A stretch of 64,000 nucleotides of DNA from Phoronis australis (lineage: Eukaryota > Animalia > Phoronida), in contig NMRA01000247.1 of NCBI GenBank assembly GCA_002633005.1, positions 542,201 through 606,200 of the forward strand, in the 5' to 3' direction. The position numbers and the translations under genes are program-made. Shown here piece after piece: positions 54,270 to 64,000 of the stretch (its first letter is position 1; each line of letters starts with the position of its first letter). The notes under the pieces are model-generated. The model had not been told where the DNA came from. It made no database searches and worked only from the letters and a program-made list of their open reading frames with translations.

Positions 54270-54359
54270 CATGGGTGGCACCCAGCACTCAGAAAAAAGT
54301 GGGGGAGCTATAGCCCGGCCTTCCCCAGCCCCCTGTCAGGCCATGATGTGTTGCCCATG
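54270..54359. mobile_element. 90-bp MITE with perfect 5-bp TSD
   Basis: CATGGGTGGCAC..GTGTTGCCCATG flanked by TAGTA / TAGTA; equivalent copy at 52289-52386. Confidence 0.75.
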
Positions 54360-54969
54360 TAGTAGTATGCAGGGGCAGATCTAGGATTTTTAGATAGGAG
54401 GGGGGGCAGTGCAGAATATTAAGCAGGATTTTACCCGTAAGATATTTGCACCCTCAAACTGCCAAATGAAATCTTTGAGTTTTAGGGGGGCCATGGGCTG
54501 GCCCCCTTGCCCCTCCCCAAATCCACCAATGTGGTTTGATATGAAATTTCCTCCTAGCTCAGATGTATTTATATCTGAGCTGATGTGTTGTTTTTGCTCT
54601 TTACCTTTTAAGCTTTGCAATCCATTGCTTTCATCAAGCCTGCTCCAAATGCTAACAACACATTTAAACAGCAATATCTCTGTAGAAATTGATCCAAATT
54701 TTATATAATACACACCACCATGTTTGTCTCAATGAGTCGATTTTTTTATGTGCAGCACATGTAAATTCTTTTATTTTTTATGAAATTATGTAAAAAGGCA
54801 GATACATAGGCGGATTTAGGGGGGGGGGCAGGGTGCCCGCCCCCCCTTGGCTGCCGCAAAAAATAAAACACTAAGAGCATAGGAAAATGTTGAGTTTATT
54901 AATTAACCCCGGTAATTAAAATTCTACGGATGAAAAAAGATTTAAATGTGTGCGGTTTTAGTGTTGGGG

Positions 54970-55701
54970 NNNNNNNNNNNNNNNNNNNNNNNNNNNNNNN
55001 NNNNNNNNNNNNNNNNNNNNNNNNNNNNNNNNNNNNNNNNNNNNNNNNNNNNNNNNNNNNNNNNNNNNNNNNNNNNNNNNNNNNNNNNNNNNNNNNNNNN
55101 NNNNNNNNNNNNNNNNNNNNNNNNNNNNNNNNNNNNNNNNNNNNNNNNNNNNNNNNNNNNNNNNNNNNNNNNNNNNNNNNNNNNNNNNNNNNNNNNNNNN
55201 NNNNNNNNNNNNNNNNNNNNNNNNNNNNNNNNNNNNNNNNNNNNNNNNNNNNNNNNNNNNNNNNNNNNNNNNNNNNNNNNNNNNNNNNNNNNNNNNNNNN
55301 NNNNNNNNNNNNNNNNNNNNNNNNNNNNNNNNNNNNNNNNNNNNNNNNNNNNNNNNNNNNNNNNNNNNNNNNNNNNNNNNNNNNNNNNNNNNNNNNNNNN
55401 NNNNNNNNNNNNNNNNNNNNNNNNNNNNNNNNNNNNNNNNNNNNNNNNNNNNNNNNNNNNNNNNNNNNNNNNNNNNNNNNNNNNNNNNNNNNNNNNNNNN
55501 NNNNNNNNNNNNNNNNNNNNNNNNNNNNNNNNNNNNNNNNNNNNNNNNNNNNNNNNNNNNNNNNNNNNNNNNNNNNNNNNNNNNNNNNNNNNNNNNNNNN
55601 NNNNNNNNNNNNNNNNNNNNNNNNNNNNNNNNNNNNNNNNNNNNNNNNNNNNNNNNNNNNNNNNNNNNNNNNNNNNNNNNNNNNNNNNNNNNNNNNNNNN
55701 N
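54970..55701. other. Assembly gap
   Basis: Run of N. Confidence 1.
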
Positions 55702-56977
55702 TCTCAACTCATAGTCTATTATTAAAAGCGACAATAAATAATTAGGTATCACTTTATTATGCTGAATCACGTTGACAACAATTGAAAAACGTCAAATCTA
55801 TCAAGAAACAAATCATCTGAAAACAGTTTCACGAAACCAAAACATCCTGTGCACAGTGGTGAAAAGATACCCTGGACTAGTTTGCAGAGGGACCAGATGT
55901 ACACTGAGAGTACACAAAAAGCTGACCTGGTCCGTCACGAGACCAAGAGTACACCTGTGCTTATTATCCCTATAAAAATAGTCGATCTGTCACGGGACCA
56001 AACAGTACTGGCTGAGATAAATAGTTTTACAAAGCACACTTTGGTAAAAAAATCACAAAACTAGTTCGCCGAGGGACCAGAAGTACACTGAAACTCAACA
56101 TTTACAAAAATCCAGCTGGCCTGGTCCGTCGCAAGATCTAAAGTGTACTATGCAAAAAAATTTGAATTGAAAACTTCTCTCTAAAATTTTAATCCCCAGT
56201 GGTTACTGATACGTTAGTCCTATCCTTCTGTTGTCTAGACTGCCGAGGAATTTGTATATCGGATCCAATGATTTGCTCGTCTTGGAACCATTCTACCCAG
56301 ATATCTTCGATGTTTGTTCCCAACGCTTGCACTTCATCAACTGCTGTGTCAATGAGCTTGTAAGCCTCTACATTGTCAGCATCTCGTTTCGCAGCTCAGT
56401 TGACACTAAGACCCTTGAGGTTGCCAAGTCCTTTCAAAAGACTTACATGCGCAATTAAATTTGATTCGTTCATCATGGACTACTTCAAACCTTGACGAAG
56501 AATCCCAGGACCTATTTGCATCTCTTGCAATTTTCGAAATAAACGTCCCAATGTCTGAATGCTTGAAACCCGAAGTACTAATATCAAATAATTGCCCATG
56601 GGCATGAGCGTTTCATCGGGTGAGCCTTTGTGCGAAAATTCCCAGTATAAAAGTCGGCAGGGTGTTTATTGCATGTAGACAGACGGTAGGAGTTGGGGTC
56701 GGAACTAGGGCTCTTTAGGAGGCCTATTGAACATCGCTTGAGTCCCGCAAGACTTTGTTGTGAAAGAACAGCCTCTCCGCAATTTCTGGTACTGTACACT
56801 TTTCGCGAATGCGGTCACTTTCTCAATGTGAGTGCCCCCTTGGTCATTCCTTGTATAGACATAACTTGTTACAGAGTGTGTCTTCAAACGGACTCGCGAC
56901 CAGACCACGGCGCCCGCCACAATAGCAATTCTTCGGAAAAAGAATTTTTTTCAAAAATATTACATGTACATGTACAC

Positions 56978-57383
56978 NNNNNNNNNNNNNNNNNNNNNNN
57001 NNNNNNNNNNNNNNNNNNNNNNNNNNNNNNNNNNNNNNNNNNNNNNNNNNNNNNNNNNNNNNNNNNNNNNNNNNNNNNNNNNNNNNNNNNNNNNNNNNNN
57101 NNNNNNNNNNNNNNNNNNNNNNNNNNNNNNNNNNNNNNNNNNNNNNNNNNNNNNNNNNNNNNNNNNNNNNNNNNNNNNNNNNNNNNNNNNNNNNNNNNNN
57201 NNNNNNNNNNNNNNNNNNNNNNNNNNNNNNNNNNNNNNNNNNNNNNNNNNNNNNNNNNNNNNNNNNNNNNNNNNNNNNNNNNNNNNNNNNNNNNNNNNNN
57301 NNNNNNNNNNNNNNNNNNNNNNNNNNNNNNNNNNNNNNNNNNNNNNNNNNNNNNNNNNNNNNNNNNNNNNNNNNNNNNNNNNN
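56978..57383. other. Assembly gap
   Basis: Run of N. Confidence 1.
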
Positions 57384-58252
57384 TGGGCGGGAGGGGGGCA
57401 AACCCCCCTTCTGACCTCCCCCCACTTCGGTGCTATGCGCATCTACAATCGTGGTTCAGTTTGCGCAAATGCTTACAGCCGGACAAAAAGTTGGCCCCCC
57501 CTTGTGATATCCTAGATCCGCCACTGAGATATTTTATGCATTTCATGCCATTTTCTCGGTAACCGCTCACCAATTTTTCAGATTTTTGCACCATTTCATT
57601 TCTCACACCACGGGTTTTTCAAAAATGTATGACACATGGGTATTGCAAAAAACTTTTTAAAAAGCTGTCCTCCCTACCTTAGAAGGCCGTTGATGTCTTT
57701 TAATTCCTTCCAACTTGAACAAATAATACTCCAGTATAATCAAACTTTTTCTTCAAGCAGTCCTTCTTTCAGTAGCTCTAATAGGCAATTGGCCATTTTT
57801 AACACTGATGTCATATCCCCTGGTATAGGCTGTGTAAAAATGCCCAGTTTCCGATCGGGAACGAAGGACTGAAAGCTTGAAGAAAAGTTATGGGAGTATT
57901 TGTTCGAGTTGGAAGGAATTAAAGACAAAATAAATGATGGTCTCCTAAGGCTAAGGCTAAGGTGTCCTTCGATGCGCAAAAGGTACTTATAACTCTGTAT
58001 AACTTTGATATCTTAATCAGTGTTAAGCTAATTCGCTGAAAAGCTTCCGTCGTCTCTGGCCAACTTGCCTATACAAATAGCCTAGGCGGTGCACTGTCTA
58101 CTGGCGTCCCACCACGCCCACGGCCAGTTGAGAAGGCCCTACTGTCTATGTGACACCCCTGGCCGGGGTCTCCACCAAGTTTACCCACTCCTTCGTCACA
58201 AACACGCCCTGGTCACCAAAACAGGATTCAGTGTTCTTTTAGTTTTACTCAC

Positions 58253-58261
58253 CGGTATCAT
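58253..58261 (-). CDS. TNFR-superfamily gene, probable first coding exon (MIP)
   Basis: ATG ATA CCG|gtgagt with an in-frame stop upstream; the phase-0 join to the exon at 48246 yields the signal peptide MIPIVMFLATLAATNS. Confidence 0.7.
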
Positions 58262-58529
58262 GCCTTGTGACTATAAATATAATGTACTGTATCGAGCTGA
58301 TTCGGGATTCGCCTTGCGGAGGAAGTCACCAAGTAACAATCACATCGCGCGAGATTTCATTTTCCAGAGGCTCTCCCAATGGGATAAATATAGCACATTA
58401 TCGCTCCTTTCTCCTGCCTTTGTCCAGAATGTGTTAGGAGAAAAAGTTTCTAGGAAAAAGTCACACGTGAAGACTTGCGAGACCTCTATTGGTAGATTGT
58501 TATAACAACCCTACCTCACTTCCGCAATC
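58262..58529. promoter_or_regulatory. Probable bidirectional promoter shared by the TNFR gene and COMMD10
   Basis: 268 bp between divergent ATGs. Motifs: CCAAT (58376), ATTGG (~58488), CACGTG (58464), ETS-type CACTTCCG (58517), TTTCATTTTC (58355), TTCTAGGAA (58448). Confidence 0.65.
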
Positions 58530-58558
58530 ATGGCGCTGATGTTTACTGCGAGTGAAAG
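58530..58558 (+). CDS. COMMD10: COMM domain-containing protein 10, exon 1
   Basis: ATG GCG CTG ATG TTT ACT GCG AGT GAA AG|gtatga; joins in frame with the exon at 63004. Confidence 0.8.
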
Positions 58559-58698
58559 GTATGATCACGGTACCAATCGTTATTCAAACGCCCAGTTTAC
58601 TATATCTCCATTGAAACCCTTCACCCTCGAAGTCGAGGGTTCTGAAGTGGCGTATGCTACGAAATTAAAAGTGCAATGGTGAGATGTGTATGTACAAG

Positions 58699-61600
58699 CA
58701 GGGCTCGACGCTATGAAAATCGCCAGGTCGCATTTCATTTTGATGATTTTGTAGCCAGCTAGCTAGCTGTATGAAGACTGTCGTCAAAATAGAGCTAGGT
58801 ACCACTGTGTGTATTTCTTCCGTAGACCCCGAAAATGCACACAGCCAGGGTAGTTCTGCTCGTCAACTACCTGTGAATCAACCGACACTCACCTTGCCCG
58901 TTACAACTGTTTAAGTGAAAAAGTTGAAAAACAATGCAATGAAGTGAACATCATTTTCATGCGCAACTCTCCGCCTTTCCCAACAGTACGCTCGTGACAC
59001 GCGCACGCGCCATTTCCTAATTTTTTGCGAAATGTCTCGGGAGATGATGATAGCTTGGCAGCACCAAAAATTCTTCTGAAATTCAGTTTTTCAGTATCAA
59101 AAATCGAAAAACTTATAATGAAGTGAAACCAGTTCCAATAATTTGTTGTGACGTGTACACAACCTCGTGAAAGAACAACAGTTGATTGAAGTGCAGTAAT
59201 AGCCGAGATCATCCGACTCGGGAATCGAACCAGCTACCCCATAAAACCGGCAAGCGTGCTAACCATTCAGCTAATAGGCAATTGCGCGTTAGCGAATAGC
59301 TAACAGAGGCTCATATAATTCACTGGAAGCACATCTACAACATTCCCCCCTTCCCATACGGAACGGGCACGCGACCAGGAAGGTGAACACCAGGATGTCT
59401 CGCATACAGGTCATCAACGTCCCTTGGTACCTTTACCACCACAACACAGGTGAGCACAAGGTAATCTCTCATACAGGTCCTTGACTCCTGGAACCTTCCA
59501 CACGCGCCATCCCTAGTTGGCAGTGCTTCATCAGTAGATCATCTGTTTGCCGACTACGTCATTTGTAGTAATAGCCGAGATCACCCGACTCGGGAATCGA
59601 ACCAGCGACCCCCATAAAACCGTCAAGCGTGCTAACCATTCAGCTAATAGGCAATTGCCCTTTAGTGAGTAGCTAACAGAAGCTCATATAATTCACCGGA
59701 AGCACATCTACAACAGAAGAATTGGCGAATAAAGAAACTGGTCAATAGGTGACGCATTATTTCATGGTGCCGAAAGCCGTTGCTAAAGATCACTCTAGAA
59801 CTTTAGCAGCAGAATAACGGTAGAACGCCATTTTTTCCAATACCGTAAATAATTTAGTTTAGTCAAGGAAGATTGTAGTTTTTAATGACACTAATTTTGT
59901 GTCAGATTTTATCTCACCACCTTTTTACACACATCGGTGTAAAGCTGTTTATTTAGTATACAGCTTTGTACCAAGGCTATTCATTTTGCGACCTAGCCAA
60001 AATCTCAGGTTGCATTTTCTAAGTTCAGCTCGCATTCATAAGTGCCAGATCTCAAAAGTGAGTTCCTACATGCATTTACGGTGCTACTGCTCTTCACAAC
60101 CGACATTCAAAGGCTGATGAATCAGTGCTCTCTAGCCGGTACGTGCGAGTAGCTATGTATATATAGTTTGCATTGCGGATTAAGGGAAAAAATATTCGGT
60201 GAAAAAGTATCAGCGATTTTGCTAGATCTGACCTGCTATGTGACTGTCATCAATGTCGTTAAAGATCCAAACTAACTCTGAGTGCAAACTCCCACGATTT
60301 TTTATTCGCAACTCAAACTTTACAACTTAACTCGATGTCGAAAAAATCCATGAAACATTTATTGTCGTAGCCCAATGTCGTATGCTGATGCGCGGGTACA
60401 AATCAGAGCAAATTTCACAACAAAAATGCTGGATTTGTGCTGTTTAAGTACTCAGCAAGTTAGTTTTCAATGAAATAAAAAGCCTCAAAATAATTCCTGA
60501 ATCCGTGCAGGTTTCCGTCGGGTAATTCAAGTACCTTCCATGTACGGGAAAAATAAGTCAGTCACAAAATGACACACATGTCTTACTTTCTTTCAGAGGT
60601 GTAAAAAGATGTTTTCTTTGACTGAATTTGTTCTGTAAAATTAGAGTGACTCACTATAGGCTGTGTGGCAATTTCAAACCACGTGCAATTGTTTATAATG
60701 CGCTATGATGGCTAGGCGCTAGCCTGAGCTTTGCATGCTTAATTGGAAATTCTCAAAAGTTAAGGGGTAATGCTTAGTAGAGTAATGAGCGCTTATGATG
60801 AAACACTTAAATTGTAGGGAGTAGCAGCATACACCAGCACAGTCGTTAACCTGAGTGTTTGTAGTAATAAGATATTGAAAGACAGCAATAGAACGATATG
60901 TTATTATAATACGATTTTGTGAGACAAACGCCATCTAGTGGAGGTGACTTTCTGGCTATCACTACCACTTACCCTGTACCCTTGGTGATGTGCAGTGAAA
61001 GGCATTCAGTTGGGATAGGAACGTTGAATGAACGATGCAGTGCGAGAACACGGTCCAAGGATAATACTAGTCTGATGGAGGATAATATAGTTTTATTACA
61101 TACTCATCTACTGATACTTCTGAGTCTGTTACAATCCATACGATCGTACACTTCTATAGTGACATACACGAATCATAACAGGATATACTGAACAAACATG
61201 TTTACTACAACTCCTCATGTTGGGGGTGTATGACATACCGGTAATACTTAATTCTCTGAACTACTCTTTCACATGCACTCACCCTAAATCACCCGGATAT
61301 GAGATCATACTCTAACAACCCTTTTTAGCCAACCGAAATAATTTGGTTTTAATTGCTGGCTTCAACCGGAACAAGATTCTGTCTATTGGAGTCTGAAAAT
61401 TAATTTTACGGCGTGGTCCGTGGAGCGAAAAATTGGCGGCGGCGGGTATTAAGAGAAGAATAAAAAATTTGCATGCCACAATTTCGCATCTATCCCTTTA
61501 GTTGCCGAATAGCTGTCTACAGGCATAGAACATCGGGCCTAGTGAACATAGATCGGGGAACATCGGAACAGGAAAATATCAGTTCTGGGCTACATCGGTC

Positions 61601-61993
61601 CCGGACGATATCGTAAAGCATCGGGTCTTTCTTAAGTCCGAAACTCTGCAGCACATCTGGAAATGTGCAAAAGTAGCCGAACATGTAAGCCAATGAAACA
61701 TGTCAAAGATCAATTCTGCATTATCCCACGTTCACGCGACATGCCCACAAGTCAGCAGGAGGGCTGTTCTTGGTTAGTGTTCTTTTGAACTTGATTTGAC
61801 AACAACCAGCTAACGGTGGGATTCCCACGAGTCGCTTTATATTTGTATTGTTTGGGCCGAGAAAACTCAGCTCGCATATGTTGGAAATTTTAGACCGCAT
61901 TTTGCGACTTGATACGAGCTGGCAAAAATCTCAGCTCGCATTACTAAATTTCAGGTCGCAAATGCGACCTGCAGCTCGTTATGTTGAGCCCTG
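58699..61993. mobile_element. 3.3-kb non-autonomous hAT-type element with 5-bp TSD in COMMD10 intron 1
   Basis: TIR CAGGGCTCGAC / GTTGAGCCCTG; TSD ACAAG / ACAAG; subterminal GGTCGCA motifs at both ends. Confidence 0.8.
59192..59715 (-). mobile_element. TRIM (miniature LTR retrotransposon) with tRNA-like LTRs
   Basis: LTRs at 59192-59342 and 59564-59715 (TG..CA), TSD GAAG / GAAG, PBS TGACGTAGTCGGCA, PPT GGGAAGGGGGGAA, and Pol III A and B boxes in each LTR. Confidence 0.9.
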
Positions 61994-63003
61994 ACAAGAG
62001 TGTAGTGTGAGAGTGGAGTGCAATGTGCATGAACTGCAATTATGATTAATATGAGAGGCAGCACCAATGATTTGGGCAGGTAAGTTGTTCCTGGAGACTG
62101 TTGTGGAGAGGAAGAAGGAATTTTGCAGGTATATGGTGCGACACTGAGGTGTGATGAAGTACATATTGTGGCATCTACGTGTAGGGATACTATTACTATA
62201 TAATAGAAGGATTCAAAAAAATCCGTGCTAGCCGTCCGGTACCGGACGGGTAGTGTATCTGATGCTCATGGGTAGGCATCCAGTACCGGGCATGTAGCAC
62301 CCGTTACGATCTTGACTAGCTGTGTGGTACCGGAATTTTAATTTCCGTTGCTAGTCATCTGGCACCACGGATGTGTAGGAATCCAGAACTGGACGCTTAT
62401 TTGGTCTAGCCATCTGGTACCCACCTACTACCCGGCATCCGGTAAACCTACCACACTTAGCGTGTATTAGCATTCATGGCATTCCAAGCCTATAATCTGT
62501 TATTATTAGGTCTCTATACATGCGATCAAGCAAACTAGAACTTTTTTACCACAGCTATGTCCTTGGAGTAACACCTAAGTCGTGAGCCGCACCTTTGCAT
62601 TCACGAAGGAGTGAAGGAGTGTAGAATATTTACCAATGGGTGTGCTGGGGATAGGCCTACATGGAAATGATTTGTATCTGTGCAGGACTGTAATCTCTTT
62701 GATGTTTTTAATGTCCGTTATACAGCATTTTTGATATTTCATCTTAAACATTTACCAGGTATATCGTAGCAAATTTGGCCGTGTTGTTACTGTAGCTGCG
62801 AATGTGCCTTAAAAAGACATGTGACCCAAATTCTAACGGCTTTCTGTTTTCAGAAAGAGTTGAAATCTATAGCTTTGTTGATATTTGACTGAATATGCAG
62901 ACTTGCCGATATGGTCCTACATAAGCTTGGACTCGCTTTCCTTTATCATGTGGATGTTACTGTACTACCGTCCAATGTAGTATGAAGATTCTATTTCTTT
63001 CAG

Positions 63004-63094
63004 AATTGCCAAAGCTGTTCATCTGATAAATGAGTTGGATGTCAACAAATTCCCATTGCTGCTGTCTCGCATTGTGGGGAAGCTACATTTGAAG
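63004..63094 (+). CDS. COMMD10: COMM domain-containing protein 10, exon 2; gene continues past the window end
   Basis: Acceptor atttctttcag, donor AAG|gtaaat. Translation RIAKAVHLINELDVNKFPLLLSRIVGKLHLK resembles the vertebrate COMMD10 N-terminus ([29 protein letters not shown]). Confidence 0.9.
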
Positions 63095-64000
63095 GTAAAT
63101 GTATTCTTCTGACTGGATATACTGGCCAATGGGTCAAGAGTTTGCAGCAATCTAAGATTTTTTAAGACAAAATGTTGGTTTTTAGCATGTTCACAGACCT
63201 GAAGTGAATACTGCATATCAAAACATTTAGTAGTGCCAGTAGAGTAGATACTGTATAGTTGTGCTAAGTCTTGTTGAATAATAGGGAGCAAGGCTTAGGG
63301 ACTATATATACAATGCTTCATTGGACAATATGTCTTCCACAGAAGGTGTGTTTCAGTTTAGGGCTCGATGCTTGGCATAACGCCAACTCGCCAAATGTGG
63401 GAAATGAGGTTGCTAAAACAATGAAACCACGTACAGAGGCGAGGGGTTGGGAGTGCAACTTTACTGGGTCTCAGAAATGGCTTGTTGTTGGCAGCAGCGG
63501 GTAATGAAAAATTGGGAGACCAAAATTGAAGAACTGAAGAACTGTAATTGAAAATGTGCACCAAGACTGGCTTTGTGAAGATTAGAGATACATTGTGAGT
63601 TCGTTACCAGCCATTTAACCCCCCCCCCCCTTCTTAGGCTCAGTATCCCACACAGATCCACCTCCGTGTGGGAAAAGCAGGTGACACTGGTGCGTTGTCT
63701 GCACATAAGTCATCAACGAGCCATTCTGGTTTTTGACGAAAAATTCAGACAGTAGTTAGAGTGCGTGCTCAAACAAAATCAATCCCTGCTGCTGCTGTAC
63801 TCCTGGTAGAATGCCTCGTGTATTCTTGACGTGTAATCCCCTGGCCAAACAAGTTACTTTGTGTTTATTTTCCTATACTAAGGTGTTCCCAAAGTGTGTC
63901 TAGGATTATCTTGTATTGTTGACCTTCTATTACTTCATTAACCATAAACTATGGATGATATGAACAATTTCAGTTCGTTCCCTTCCTAGTTATTCTCAAC

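Larger units (their letters stand above)
54805..57526. mobile_element. hAT element with 5-bp TSD spanning two assembly gaps
   Basis: TIRs CATAGGCGGATTTAG / CTAGATCCGCCACTG; TSD AGATA / AGATA, with the empty site at ~53336. hAT transposase remnant on the minus strand at ~56160-56520 (LKGLSV..DNVEAYKLID..EWF..IPRQSRQQKDRTNV). Confidence 0.75.
51584..57678. mobile_element. Head-to-tail dimer of a Harbinger-type non-autonomous element (51584-53502 and 53506-57678)
   Basis: TIR GGTAGGGAGGACA / TGTCCTCCCTACC; TTA at 51581, 53503 and 57679. The empty site GGGACACC-TTA-GGGGGC is seen in a paralogous repeat at ~6013-6029. Confidence 0.8.

Noticed and set aside
54930-57562. Long ORFs in the six-frame track
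   Set aside because: Artefacts of N runs.
59221-59280. Functional tRNA gene
   Set aside because: It has A/B boxes but no proper anticodon arm, and it is duplicated as part of the TRIM LTRs.
60975-61234. Possible solo LTR (TGT..ACA) inside the 3.3-kb hAT-type element
   Set aside because: The flanks do not give a clean TSD and there is no second copy in the window.
63330-63920. Coding-looking sequence in COMMD10 intron 2
   Set aside because: Stops interrupt all frames and it does not match the expected COMMD10 exon 3. It may be a decayed transposon ORF, but I cannot assign a family.

Overview
Repeat-rich animal genomic DNA from a draft assembly with two N-gaps. The repeat types suggest a marine invertebrate, probably a mollusc or other lophotrochozoan (inference). 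Three spliced host genes can be read. (1) The 5' part of GPN2 lies on the minus strand. (2) A complete ~225-aa TNF-receptor-superfamily gene on the minus strand has 8 coding exons over ~36.5 kb, encoding a signal peptide, ~3.5 CRDs, a TM segment, no death domain and a C-terminal ESPV. (3) The first two exons of COMMD10 on the plus strand sit head-to-head with the TNFR gene, 268 bp between ATGs. The rest is a nested transposon landscape: hAT elements with 5-bp TSDs (including a decayed multi-intron transposase), Kolobok elements, a Harbinger-type tandem dimer, Helentron-associated repeats, and Copia, Penelope, RTE and L1/Tx1 fragments. The most striking element is a 524-bp miniature LTR retrotransposon (TRIM) whose LTRs each carry a tRNA-like Pol III promoter. 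All exon models are manual and need RNA-seq confirmation.
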